From a virus, in UHGV virus genome UHGV-0212823: a DNA stretch of 35,607 nucleotides; one strand, 5' to 3'. Both the position numbers and the translations under genes were made by a program. Each line of letters opens with the position of its first letter. The stretch's first letter is position 1. Below, piece after piece: positions 1 to 8,857 of the stretch. Below the pieces are notes generated by a model. The model was given only the letters and a program-made list of their open reading frames with translations, searched no databases and was not told the DNA's origin.

Positions 1-122
1 GATTCAGTGCTGTCACGTTCCGCCCACTTCTTTTCCCAGCCGCGGTTACTCCAGGCATTTCCGCCGATGAATGCGACGGCCACCAGCAGCAAAATGGCAA
101 TAAACTGATAGCGCAGGCTCAC
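1..122 (-). CDS. Rz-like i-spanin, N-terminal part only (runs off window edge)
   Basis: GTG at 122-120 overlaps lysozyme stop; open frame to position 1 encodes VSLRYQFIAILLLVAVAFIGG..., a hydrophobic N-terminal anchor as expected for Rz placed after the endolysin. Confidence 0.45.
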   Translation of the reverse strand, partial: MSLRYQFIAILLLVAVAFIGGNAWSNRGWEKKWAERDSTE

Positions 123-658
123 TGGTCTATCCCCCAGCACGTCAGCGCGCTTTCCTGGTCTCGTCGTTCTACCTGACCATAGCACCCATTTTTCTGGCCT
201 TTGGTCAGGCGACAATCGCGGCCGCCGTCTTTAATCCACCAGCGGATCGCTTCACAGGCACCTCTACGGTCGCCAGCATTAATTCGCTTATAGAACGTAG
301 ACGGGAAGCATTTTCCGGGACCGATGTTATATGGGCAAAAAGAAGCGATACCCGCTTTCTGTGGTTCGGTCAGTGGTACTTTGATATTTCGGTCAACCCA
401 TGCCAGTGCTTTATCGCGTTCTATGGCGTTCACCTGGGCGCATTTCTCAGCAGACAGCTTCATTCCCTGAACTACTGGATTACCATCAACCATCGTGGCG
501 CCACGGCAAATGGTCCACACTCCGCCACCGTCACGATACGCCGTCAGGCTGTTACCCTCTTTTTCATCAAGAAACTGGTCGAGAATTACTGACGCAGGCG
601 CGCCGGCAAGCACTAGCCCAAGAACGGCAGCGCTTAATTTTGTTTTTTTCGAGGGCAT
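119..658 (-). CDS. phage lysozyme (T4-lysozyme/GH24 family), probable SAR endolysin
   Basis: 179 aa; weakly hydrophobic Gly/Ala-rich N-terminus (LSAAVLGLVLAGAPASVIL) followed by EGNSLTAYRDGGGVWTICRG catalytic region resembling phage 21-type R lysozymes; follows holin. Confidence 0.85.
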   Translation of the reverse strand: MPSKKTKLSAAVLGLVLAGAPASVILDQFLDEKEGNSLTAYRDGGGVWTICRGATMVDGNPVVQGMKLSAEKCAQVNAIERDKALAWVDRNIKVPLTEPQKAGIASFCPYNIGPGKCFPSTFYKRINAGDRRGACEAIRWWIKDGGRDCRLTKGQKNGCYGQVERRDQESALTCWGIDQ

Positions 659-660
659 AG

Positions 661-975
661 TTACTCTGCTCCCTCACCAGAGATACGTTTCATTGCCTCT
701 GTCACGACCTCAGCCGCCGCTGGGCGATCACGACTTGGTTTAACGGCCACATCAGCAAGGTACTTAGCCAATAACTGCGTTCTTTTTTTCTCTTCATCAA
801 GCCGTTCGCGTTCTTCTTTCCGCTTCGCGTAGTAGGTCTTAATGGTGAAATAAGCCGAGATCAGAGCGCCAAGGATAAATACATAATCTTGCAAACTCAG
901 AACAGAAAAGAAACCAAGCAGCCCTGACCACCAGTACGGCATGTTATGTCCATCGGTTGGGTTCATACGTTGCAT
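661..975 (-). CDS. putative holin (pinholin-like), 104 aa
   Basis: Two hydrophobic segments (YWWSGLLGFFSVLSL, YVFILGALISAYFTI) and charged C-terminus; RBS GGAGGTG upstream; stop 2 nt before lysozyme start. Confidence 0.55.
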   Translation of the reverse strand: MQRMNPTDGHNMPYWWSGLLGFFSVLSLQDYVFILGALISAYFTIKTYYAKRKEERERLDEEKKRTQLLAKYLADVAVKPSRDRPAAAEVVTEAMKRISGEGAE

Positions 976-1318
976 ATCCGCACCTCCGTGATCGGGGCAC
1001 TGTGTGTGATTAAAGGGTCAGGCTTCACGGGCTGGATTTATCAACAAAGCACGTAGTGAGTGATACCCGTGAGCCTGAATACGAAAAAGGCCACGCAAAT
1101 GCGCAGCCTTTATATCGAGAGTTTTATTATTCGAAGGCACTCCATCCAACAAACCACCCACGGTTATCAGGATTTTAACGGAGTGCTTTTGGATGAGCGC
1201 TGAACCCAAAGGTCAGTATTTTTACACAGCAATTTTGCAAAAAGCAGCGCCCATTCAAAACAAGGTCGCTTTCCAGTCACTCCGGGGACCCCATCATCGC
1301 AGACTGGAAAACGTTTAC

Positions 1319-1393
<75 letters not shown>

Positions 1394-1394
1394 A

Positions 1395-1471
1395 TGGTCC
1401 GCCACCGAGGGCTCGAACCTCGCACCGTCAACTTAGAAGGTTGATGCTCTATCCCGATGAGCTAGTGGCGG
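1395..1471 (-). tRNA. tRNA-Arg (anticodon UCU), 77 nt
   Basis: Acceptor CCGCCAC/GTGGCGG, anticodon stem TCAAC/GTTGA with loop CTTCTAA, T-loop TTCGAGC, CCA encoded. Confidence 0.8.
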
Positions 1472-1472
1472 C

Positions 1473-1549
1473 TGGTGGCCCTTGCTGGACTTGAACCAGC
1501 GACCGGGCGATTATGAGTCGCACGCTCTGACCAACTGAGCTAAAGGGCC
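1473..1549 (-). tRNA. tRNA with anticodon CAU (Ile2/lysidine-type or Met), 77 nt
   Basis: GGCCCTT acceptor, anticodon loop CTCATAA, T-loop TTCAAGT, CCA encoded; resembles enterobacterial ileX-type tRNA from memory. Confidence 0.8.
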
Positions 1550-1670
1550 GGGAACGAGATAGTACATAAGCAAAACTAACCATGCAAACTAAACGGTTCC
1601 AGTGGTTGCGGATGATCCTGTCTGATATTGTTAAATCGCCAAAAGTAACCACATCAGACAAGGAGATGTT

Positions 1671-2126
1671 ATGTCCGAGTACCATAGCTTGCTTCACGTC
1701 ATCAGATCACGTGTATGTGAAAACAGAAATATGTCTCACTCCGCTTATTATCAGGGAAGCCTGCAGGACAATCAGATCAGAAACAGAACGGCGCTTATAT
1801 TCACCCTTGAAATGATACTTCACCAGCACAGAATAAAGTATGGAACCATTTTCAATCCGCTCGAGGGAAAAGATGCGCTCTATCATCTAATATTTATCAA
1901 AACACACTGGTTACTATCCGATATCAGAAACCTCACCCTCGAAGATGCCTTGTTCGTCATACAAGAGGATCTGAGAATGGATAATCTTTCCAATGATGCG
2001 CAAGATGCTCTGAAAAACTTTAATCTACCTTCTGTGGCTTTTCAATTTGAGGATTTTCCAGAAGCGGATTGGAACTATAAGGAAAACTCAACATTCCTAC
2101 GAAGCCTGACGTTGAAAGCAGGCTAA
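1671..2126 (+). CDS. hypothetical protein, 151 aa (AT-rich moron on the opposite strand to the late genes)
   Basis: Strong RBS AAGGAG 6 nt upstream of ATG; AT-rich composition; weak hairpin plus T-tract after the stop (about 2146-2175). Confidence 0.5.
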   Translation: MSEYHSLLHVIRSRVCENRNMSHSAYYQGSLQDNQIRNRTALIFTLEMILHQHRIKYGTIFNPLEGKDALYHLIFIKTHWLLSDIRNLTLEDALFVIQEDLRMDNLSNDAQDALKNFNLPSVAFQFEDFPEADWNYKENSTFLRSLTLKAG

Positions 2127-2289
2127 TAGACGCGTTTATTTCCCCAAGTCGCTCTACAAGAGCGGCTTTTTCTTTTACCAGGCGGTTGTAATGGGTGAGG
2201 TGAAGTTTTTGCTGTCCAAGCCAGTCCTCAAGTTGGTCTGACGTCATGCCAGGATTAAAAAAATAAGGTAGCTGCTTTTCGTCTTGCAT
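2020..2289 (-). CDS. hypothetical protein, 89 aa (start trimmed to MQDEKQ...)
   Basis: RBS GGAGGT 6 nt upstream of ATG at 2289, directly after a terminator hairpin; C-terminal ~35 codons overlap the 3' end of the plus-strand ORF. Confidence 0.4.
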   Translation of the reverse strand: MQDEKQLPYFFNPGMTSDQLEDWLGQQKLHLTHYNRLVKEKAALVERLGEINASISLLSTSGFVGMLSFPYSSNPLLENPQIEKPQKVD

Positions 2290-2302
2290 TATTGACCTCC
2301 AG

Positions 2303-2331
2303 AAAAGCAAAAACCCCGCCAGATGGCAGGG
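2303..2331 (-). terminator. rho-independent terminator (second terminator in the late leader)
   Basis: Minus-strand RNA hairpin CCCTGCC-ATCT-GGCGGGG followed by UUUUUGCUUUU. Confidence 0.5.
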
Positions 2332-2367
2332 CTTCGATTATTAAGCTGTGTGTCGAAGTGACACTCA

Positions 2368-3057
2368 TTACGCTGCCAAACTGTGTTGTTCTTCAATCAG
2401 CGGCTGGCGATGGTTGCGATCAAATACACCTTTTAGCGCCTCTTTGCGTTGTTCGAAGTCCCAGCCCATGCCAATAAATACTGTATTGGCCCGCTGTAAC
2501 TCAGTGACGCAATGGATCTGCTCCGCCGTCAGGTAATCACGAATGCTCTCTTTTTTGTCGATGTCGTGGTAAACACGAAATTTTGCCGCCGTCATACCGA
2601 GCGCGATGCGGTTAATCAAATCCGCTTCGTTGCTAAAATGGTAAGGCTTAATCTCCTTACCCAGAGTTTCGCGCTCATGCTTGATGGCATCGCTCATCGG
2701 ACGATACTCCAGACGTGCGGTGTTACGATCCATTTTTTTGCTCGCCAGAGCGCCACGCATGCGGAAGAACTCAGCAACCAGTTTCTTTTTGAACTTACGG
2801 ACAACATCGTTATTACGCATGTAGGTGATAAGCAGAGTGGTTTGCTGTTCGTTCAGTAGCGCCACTCGACGCTTTTGAGGACCACCGTCAGTTTGAATGG
2901 TTCGGATTTCAAATCCGACCCTTCCGAATTCTTCAAGATCAGCCTTGTTACGGTCTACCAGCTTAATAACGGTGTCATGATCACGCCCAACCCCATCAGC
3001 AATAGCGACAGTGCTGGTTACAAGGTCGAGTTTTTTAATTTCAACTAATTGCATGGC
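2368..3057 (-). CDS. Rha-family phage regulatory protein (start trimmed to MQLVEIKK...)
   Basis: N-terminal MQLVEIKKLDLVTSTVAIADGVGRDHDTVIKLVDRN resembles the Rha/pRha domain; RBS TAAGG upstream. Confidence 0.55.
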   Translation of the reverse strand, partial: AMQLVEIKKLDLVTSTVAIADGVGRDHDTVIKLVDRNKADLEEFGRVGFEIRTIQTDGGPQKRRVALLNEQQTTLLITYMRNNDVVRKFKKKLVAEFFRMRGALASKKMDRNTARLEYRPMSDAIKHERETLGKEIKPYHFSNEADLINRIALGMTAAKFRVYHDIDKKESIRDYLTAEQIHCVTELQRANTVFIGMGWDFEQRKEALKGVFDRNHRQPLIEEQHSLAA

Positions 3058-3203
3058 GTTTACCTTACTTTGAGATGAACCTTTGCCGCACAGGAAACCA
3101 GCCCACCGAGGCTCGCCAGCACTAACTGACTTCCTCAAAGGCTCATTTCAAAGGGTGTGGTTCGGTGTGATATGTGCGCGGGCGGTGCGCAGGAAATGCG
3201 GAT

Positions 3204-3229
3204 ACAAAAAAACCCGCTCAGAGGCGGGT
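3204..3229 (-). terminator. tR'-like rho-independent terminator
   Basis: Minus-strand hairpin ACCCGCC-TCTGA-GCGGGU followed by U7; about 40-60 nt downstream of the promoter below. Confidence 0.65.
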
Positions 3230-3273
3230 GATTTGGAGTTAATTTGCTACAGGCGAGATACTCCATAATCAGA

Positions 3274-3303
3274 AGCATACAGGACACTTTTATGCAAAGT
3301 CAA
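3274..3303 (-). promoter_or_regulatory. pR'-like late promoter (sigma70)
   Basis: Minus strand -35 TTGACT (3303-3298) and -10 TATGCT (3279-3274) with 18-bp spacer, immediately downstream of the Q gene. Confidence 0.55.
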
Positions 3304-3344
3304 CACCAACGCGCAAAAAAGAGTCGCTATTTGCTCCGATCGCA

Positions 3345-4160
3345 TCAATAAGTTGTTGCTTTCTCAAATTCTGATGATGCATGACGCTCTCCTTTGTGCA
3401 GCACATCAATCAGCATTTCATAGAATGGCTTCCAGTTACGAGACCATGAGGACTGATGGAGATCCGGCAGACGTTTAAGGATAGCCCGGTGAACGGTCGC
3501 AGATGACACTCTGGAATACCCCTCGCCGCTGCAACGCTCACATGTTTTGAAAACCGGTGCGCCGCAGTCTTTTGTCGCGATGCGGTCCAGTACCTCGCCC
3601 TTTCCGCCACAACGGCAGCGGGCGCTGATTGTTCCCTTGCCTTCGCAACTATCACAGACGGCTGGAACAATCTCTGTAACCTCTGTCCACAACTCCCAGT
3701 CTGACGGACGAACGGCGCGCGAACGGCTGGCCCAGTAAGGCGCTTTACCCCACGGATAAGTTACTTTACGCGTGGTCTGTGTGCGGGATGTTCTCCCGCT
3801 ACCGCTACAACTGTGGCACGTCACGCTGGTGGCCGCCGAACGGGAGTATTCAGCAAAGGCAAATTGCGCCAGCATCAGCATGCACCATCCCAGCTCACCA
3901 CCGGCTGCTTTGCGCACGTTCTTTGGTGCAGTCTCCATCGCATGGCGTGCCAGCGCCTGTACAGCGAGTTGCTCATCGCTTTCGCTGATCCCGGTCTTAC
4001 CGAAGAAAGCAGCCAGGCCGAACCGCGCGCGGCTGCTGGTCGTACCGATGGCTACCATAACATCGGTCCCGGTAATCCGATCGGGAGAAGTATCTTTCAC
4101 GCTGTCGCTGATATGCATCCCCTGAGGGCTAAAATGTTTAAGAACAGACTCAAGCTTCAC
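3345..4160 (-). CDS. late antitermination protein Q (phage 82/Qin-like family)
   Basis: 271 aa from GTG with RBS GAGGAAA (alternative ATG at 4118); four CxxCxGxG zinc-finger motifs; sits directly upstream of the promoter/terminator pair. Confidence 0.6.
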   Translation of the reverse strand: MKLESVLKHFSPQGMHISDSVKDTSPDRITGTDVMVAIGTTSSRARFGLAAFFGKTGISESDEQLAVQALARHAMETAPKNVRKAAGGELGWCMLMLAQFAFAEYSRSAATSVTCHSCSGSGRTSRTQTTRKVTYPWGKAPYWASRSRAVRPSDWELWTEVTEIVPAVCDSCEGKGTISARCRCGGKGEVLDRIATKDCGAPVFKTCERCSGEGYSRVSSATVHRAILKRLPDLHQSSWSRNWKPFYEMLIDVLHKGERHASSEFEKATTY

Positions 4161-4244
4161 AATAATTTCCTCTGGCGACGGGATGTTTTTATTATCTCAT
4201 TTATTGCAACATACATCCATTTTGATGCAATAAATGAAATACAA

Positions 4245-5168
4245 TCAATCACCCTGATGAGAGCCAATCAGGTTCAGATAAACACCATCCTGACGTCTAC
4301 CCATATCTGCAAAGTTCTCACTCTCCAGATACCATTTGAGTACATTCAACGCCTCCTCACGACTGATCGGCCTGATGGTTTCCAGTTGCTTTTCCAGCCA
4401 GTTTTCCCTGTGCCAGATATGCGAACTCTCCCAGGCGTACTCGTTGGGATGCAGCTCCTTGTATGCTGCCACTCGCATCTGAGACAACCAGTCCCAGTAC
4501 TGGTATTCCCTGACGACGTCGCTGAGGGTATAGGGTGCCGGAAGCACGTCTGTATAGATAAACTCTCCGTCTCCCTCCTGCGTGTAATCACAGTAAATCT
4601 CCTGGTAAGGCCCGTACCTGGACTCAATGAGGCACTCAGCCGGAACAGGATCAAAAACAGCCTCATGGCTGCCAAAAGCACCACGAACATTCTCAGCCTT
4701 CTCCCGCTGTGATCTTGCATTACTGATGAAGTGCTGTGGGTTATCGAGCCACATTGTCGAAAATACGGAAGTCCAGCCCGCGCCGTTCTGCTGCAGGTAT
4801 CGCGTATACCGTTCCTGTGCCTCTTTCGGCGTGATTGTCAGTTTTCCCAGCGCAGCTTCCGCTGCGGCAATATGGACAGGCTCGCCGGTTTTGATAACCT
4901 CCAGCACCCACAGGTACGCATCCGTCTGTTTATGTCCTGTGATAACCCGTTGCAGTGGCAAAGGTTTAATTGTCGCCAGTTCCGTGCTGTATTTCGGTTC
5001 AGGGATGGTGAAAAGCTCCTGGTGCTCAGGATTGTCGCGAAATAACCCGGAGCGACGACAGAGGCTTTTCACCGTATTTAGATTGATGCCAGTTTCACGT
5101 GAGATGGATTTATACCCTCTGCCGCTGCGTTTTAGGCTGAGGATTTGCTCTTTAATATCGTTGTTCAT
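4245..5168 (-). CDS. helix-turn-helix domain protein of unknown function, 308 aa
   Basis: N-terminal MNNDIKEQILSLKRSGRGYKSISRETGINLNTVKSLC looks like an HTH; alternative upstream start at 5228 overlapping the ssb 3' end. Confidence 0.5.
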   Translation of the reverse strand: MNNDIKEQILSLKRSGRGYKSISRETGINLNTVKSLCRRSGLFRDNPEHQELFTIPEPKYSTELATIKPLPLQRVITGHKQTDAYLWVLEVIKTGEPVHIAAAEAALGKLTITPKEAQERYTRYLQQNGAGWTSVFSTMWLDNPQHFISNARSQREKAENVRGAFGSHEAVFDPVPAECLIESRYGPYQEIYCDYTQEGDGEFIYTDVLPAPYTLSDVVREYQYWDWLSQMRVAAYKELHPNEYAWESSHIWHRENWLEKQLETIRPISREEALNVLKWYLESENFADMGRRQDGVYLNLIGSHQGD

Positions 5169-5211
5169 TGCACACCCGATATGCTGGCGGGTTGCCCCGC
5201 CTTGCCTGTTA

Positions 5212-5604
5212 TCAGAAAGGTACGTCATCCGCAAAGTCTTCACCCAGCACAGGTTGCCCGCCAGTGTTTTTCTTCCGGCCCCCCGGGCGCACGGTTTTCG
5301 CACTAATCACAGAATCAGCCACCACCTGATACCCCGTCTGCAGGACGCCATTATTCCCCTTCCACTGGCTGGCCTGCATAGTGCCAGACACGCTGATCAG
5401 ATCGCCTTTCTGGTGTTTCAGCAGATAGTCCGCTTGTTTTCCGAACGCCGTCACCGCCAGCCAGAATGTCAGTTCGCCACTCTCGGCATCCCGGCAGGGA
5501 AGTGCAACAGCCAGCCGGGTATATGCCATGTTGTTGCCGTTGCTGATGGCCTTGCTCTGCACGTCGACCACCAGTCGGCCATGTGCTGCAATATGAGCTG
5601 TCAT
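5212..5604 (-). CDS. ssb: single-stranded DNA-binding protein (phage-type short SSB)
   Basis: OB-fold-like core and acidic C-terminal tip GEDFADDVPF (compare the DDDIPF tail of bacterial SSB); ATGA overlap with the upstream gene. Confidence 0.75.
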   Translation of the reverse strand: MTAHIAAHGRLVVDVQSKAISNGNNMAYTRLAVALPCRDAESGELTFWLAVTAFGKQADYLLKHQKGDLISVSGTMQASQWKGNNGVLQTGYQVVADSVISAKTVRPGGRKKNTGGQPVLGEDFADDVPF

Positions 5605-7733
5605 TTCGTTATCTCCTCACCTTCGTCAAGCTGAACCAGTAAATAAGAACGCACACGGATGTTGCCCAGGTGCCTGAGTCGCGGCGTCAGCGTCTGGTAA
5701 CCTTTATCGCTCGGCGACTTCTTCAGTATTCCGGCCTCACATAAAGTGCGGGCAAACTGGCCGCTGTCGAATCCCTTCGCCACCTCAGACTTGAATACGC
5801 CGGGCAACACATAGAACAGCAGCGGATCGTCCACGTGATTACCCTTATTCCGGTACCCCGCCAGCTCACTGATTGGCAGGCTTTGCTCGTCATAGGGTAA
5901 AGGGGCGAACCGTCGCATACCGAACGTGCTCAGGAACTGCACCGCCTGCTCTATGATCTGCTCGATTTCTTTGTTGCCGGTACCGAACACACCAATCCAG
6001 GCGTTATAGCTGTGCTGCAGGGCATCACGACAGCTCTGCTCATCCCAGCCGGTAATTACCCTGCCCAGCAACAGGGCAGCTTCCAGAATGGCAAACCGCG
6101 AACCAACACGGTGAACCTGCTCACCATAATCTGCCGGGATAAGATTCCGCCATCGCTCCTCTGCCGAACGTACCGCAGCGACGGCTTCATTGCGATGCTC
6201 AGCAAGCCAGCGGATCCATTCCCGCCCGGCTACGCCATGATTATTCTGATACGCGTCTTTCAGAGCGTCGGCATGCTGCTTGCCGTTTTCGTAATCATGG
6301 AACCGTACCGCCCTGCTCATTGGAATATTCAGTAGGCGTACCAGTTGCCCGGCTTTGGCCTTACGCCCGGCACCGGCTACAAATGTCTCCATATCCACTT
6401 CACCGGTACTGATCGCAACGGTCCGCCAGCGCTTCAGTTCCCGGTTACCACCTTCTTTGGCACCCTGCAGCTTCCCGGTGCCGTTGAACAGTGCGTAGGC
6501 GGACTTCCACACCTCTACGGGGTCAGCACCCTGCCCGATCTCGTCCAGCGGCATCAGCGCATCATTGTGTGCCGCCGCCTCGTTCGCCAGCCCCAGCGCT
6601 GTCCCGTACCAGGTCAGCCGCAACATATCGGGGTTGCCATACAGGCTGGAGGCCACGTTTGCTGTAGTTGTTTTCCCGGCACTTGATTGCTCGTAAAAGT
6701 GAATACCGAAACCATCAGCCCCTGTCAGTCCAATAAGAGGTGCCGCCAGCGCTGCCGCCATAGCGGTCATCATGGAGTAATTGCCACTGGCAAGGCGTGC
6801 CACGCTGTTACGCCAGCTTGCAGTATCTCCCTTCATTGTGTAACCCGCGGCAGCAGAACTACGTCCATTGAAGAGCACCGGGTGTTCAGGTTTTCCGATA
6901 ATTTCACCATCCGGCATAATGTAGGCACCACATTGCCAGCCAGTGGCATGAGCGACGCGCCAGAGTTGTCCGCTGCCGCTTCTCTGCATCCAGTCGGCCA
7001 GGGTTGCCCGCAGGTTACTTTTTGTGGTGACGTTTACCCCTCCGCCCTTCAGTGTGCGCCAGCCCTCCCTCTCGCCAATATCAGCCTGAGGAATGGCTCG
7101 GATAAGCGGCATGTCTTCACCTTCAGGCTGCCAGCGCAGGATCAGATAACGGTCCTTGCCATCAGAACCGATGCTCATAACGTCCAGCGGGGAGCATAGC
7201 CAGCTCTCATTGAGAGTCACTCCACCACTTTCCTTGTCCACTTTTGGTGTTATCCAGTACACCCCGTCGTCACGGCTTTCAATCCGGGGTTTCAGATCAT
7301 CATCGGTCACGGCCTGATGTTTTTTCCCTTTGACAGGCAGAGAGAGCACCACGCTATTTCCCTCCTCAGCATCTGCCTTTAGTGAAGGTAGTCGCGCCGT
7401 CCAGTCCTCCAGCACCTCCTGGCTTTCGGAATAAAAACGGGCCTCCTGCACACCGGCAAGGGCAAGCTTCGTGGCTATAAGGCTGAGGTGCTTTTCGGAT
7501 ATTTCCCCGGCCCGGTAGACCCGGACATAGCGCCGCTCGGCATCAACGATGTTCAGATTGTGCAGTTCATCGAGCTGCTTTTTACCGAGATAAACCGGCG
7601 GGATCGTGTCGCCGATTGTATTGTGGCGCTGCCAGTCCTCAGCGAAGGTCCATGCCTTTTCCCCGGCAAAGATAATTGCCTCGGTAAACGGATCTGGCGG
7701 CAGTTTGTTCAGGTTCGGTGCGTTTTTCATCAT
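5601..7733 (-). CDS. P-loop NTPase, putative replicative primase/helicase (DUF927-like, P4 alpha-like role); start trimmed to MMKNAPN
   Basis: 710 aa; Walker A motif SSAGKTT; same operon as CHC2 zinc-finger protein and SSB; RBS GAGAGG upstream. Confidence 0.6.
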   Translation of the reverse strand: MMKNAPNLNKLPPDPFTEAIIFAGEKAWTFAEDWQRHNTIGDTIPPVYLGKKQLDELHNLNIVDAERRYVRVYRAGEISEKHLSLIATKLALAGVQEARFYSESQEVLEDWTARLPSLKADAEEGNSVVLSLPVKGKKHQAVTDDDLKPRIESRDDGVYWITPKVDKESGGVTLNESWLCSPLDVMSIGSDGKDRYLILRWQPEGEDMPLIRAIPQADIGEREGWRTLKGGGVNVTTKSNLRATLADWMQRSGSGQLWRVAHATGWQCGAYIMPDGEIIGKPEHPVLFNGRSSAAAGYTMKGDTASWRNSVARLASGNYSMMTAMAAALAAPLIGLTGADGFGIHFYEQSSAGKTTTANVASSLYGNPDMLRLTWYGTALGLANEAAAHNDALMPLDEIGQGADPVEVWKSAYALFNGTGKLQGAKEGGNRELKRWRTVAISTGEVDMETFVAGAGRKAKAGQLVRLLNIPMSRAVRFHDYENGKQHADALKDAYQNNHGVAGREWIRWLAEHRNEAVAAVRSAEERWRNLIPADYGEQVHRVGSRFAILEAALLLGRVITGWDEQSCRDALQHSYNAWIGVFGTGNKEIEQIIEQAVQFLSTFGMRRFAPLPYDEQSLPISELAGYRNKGNHVDDPLLFYVLPGVFKSEVAKGFDSGQFARTLCEAGILKKSPSDKGYQTLTPRLRHLGNIRVRSYLLVQLDEGEEITK

Positions 7734-7740
7734 CTGCCTC

Positions 7741-8397
7741 TCAGTGAGCCACTGGCGTTGCCGGAATGCCTTCCGTTTTGAGCGCTTCAATAAAGCTGTC
7801 GTGAAGAAGCGCCATACCGTGCAGTCCCTGCTCTGACATGCGAAGCCCCGTCCTTTCCGGGTCCTTCTCAACCATGGTCCGGTAAATCATGGTGGCCATG
7901 ATGGGTGCCTGATCGGCTGGGTACACCTCGTAAGCCAGACCTTCAATGTGGTTTGCCAGCGCAAAACGCTCTGAGCCCGGGTAAACCACGATGCCCCCAT
8001 ACTCCCCGCAGTACACCGCTGCCAGCACGGGTTCGCCGTGCTCATCTGGCACCTTCACCAATCCGTGAAGGTCTTCCATCTCGCCAATGAATACGGCTGC
8101 GACCACCCAGCGCCAGAGAATGAGGCTCTGCTCAGCGGACAACTCAAAGCACTTCTCGCCGCCCCCCGTCCACAGCGCGGCGACCAGCCGCATGCCAGAC
8201 GGAAGATCGTCGTCATATACCCCGCTATCAAGCTCATGAATAACGGCATCTGGGCTTTCCGTTTTTATCGCCTCTTCGTTATCGTCAGCATTCTGGCAAA
8301 AATAAACAATGGAGTTTCCTTTAACTTCTGCGCGGTTTATTTTTATATGCTGATTGGTTGTCTTTTCTGCCACCATCTTATTTTCCGAATCACGCAT
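7741..8397 (-). CDS. hypothetical protein, 218 aa
   Basis: RBS GGAG 8 nt upstream of ATG at 8397; overlaps upstream gene end by 8 nt (translational coupling). Confidence 0.5.
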   Translation of the reverse strand: MRDSENKMVAEKTTNQHIKINRAEVKGNSIVYFCQNADDNEEAIKTESPDAVIHELDSGVYDDDLPSGMRLVAALWTGGGEKCFELSAEQSLILWRWVVAAVFIGEMEDLHGLVKVPDEHGEPVLAAVYCGEYGGIVVYPGSERFALANHIEGLAYEVYPADQAPIMATMIYRTMVEKDPERTGLRMSEQGLHGMALLHDSFIEALKTEGIPATPVAH

Positions 8398-8770
8398 GAT
8401 AAATCTCCAGACCAAATTTATTATTAGGATTGCCCAGTGCGGCGGTCACAGCTTCTTTCATGACTTCATTCATAAACTCAACCCCCTCTGACGTAAGGCG
8501 ACTGTTGTCTTTAGTCAGCATCCCGGCGTAGGTTTCGCTCAGCATCGACAGCCCCTTATCACTGCCGAACTTACGCAGACACTGGAATTCGATGCTGTTG
8601 ATGAGGCAATTGCTTATGGCTGATTCTGTCAAATTATCGAGAGCCACAACCTGTCTTTTCACCATCAGGTTAAGTACTGCTGAACCGTTGTTACGCAATC
8701 GACAATAATTAATAAAGGCATCGGCAATATGTTTTCGGTTTAATTCAAGAGAGTTATTTGAATTTTTCAT
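8390..8770 (-). CDS. hypothetical protein, 126 aa
   Basis: RBS AGGAGAA upstream; part of a co-directional coupled operon. Confidence 0.5.
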   Translation of the reverse strand: MKNSNNSLELNRKHIADAFINYCRLRNNGSAVLNLMVKRQVVALDNLTESAISNCLINSIEFQCLRKFGSDKGLSMLSETYAGMLTKDNSRLTSEGVEFMNEVMKEAVTAALGNPNNKFGLEIYHA

Positions 8771-8857
8771 AAATACTGTTCTCCTGCCACCAGGGCGAGT
8801 GTTTCCCCGACCTGATGGCCATTATTTCCGGTTTAGATTTATGTCGCGGTTCTGGAA

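Noticed and set aside
1671-2126. Shiga-toxin-like cargo in the Q-to-lysis slot
   Set aside because: The 151-aa protein is on the opposite strand and has no signal peptide or recognisable StxA/StxB features; treated as an unknown moron instead.
3813-4712. 299-aa plus-strand ORF
   Set aside because: Lies antisense across the Q-like gene and the HTH gene; no RBS; long open frame is a shadow of the coding strand.
4627-5634. 335-aa plus-strand ORF
   Set aside because: Antisense to the HTH-protein and ssb genes, which have coupling, RBSs and recognisable products; treated as a shadow ORF.
6012-7199. Several plus-strand ORFs of 107-170 aa
   Set aside because: All lie inside and antisense to the 710-aa primase/helicase-like gene; Cys/His/Arg-rich low-complexity translations typical of GC-rich antisense frames.
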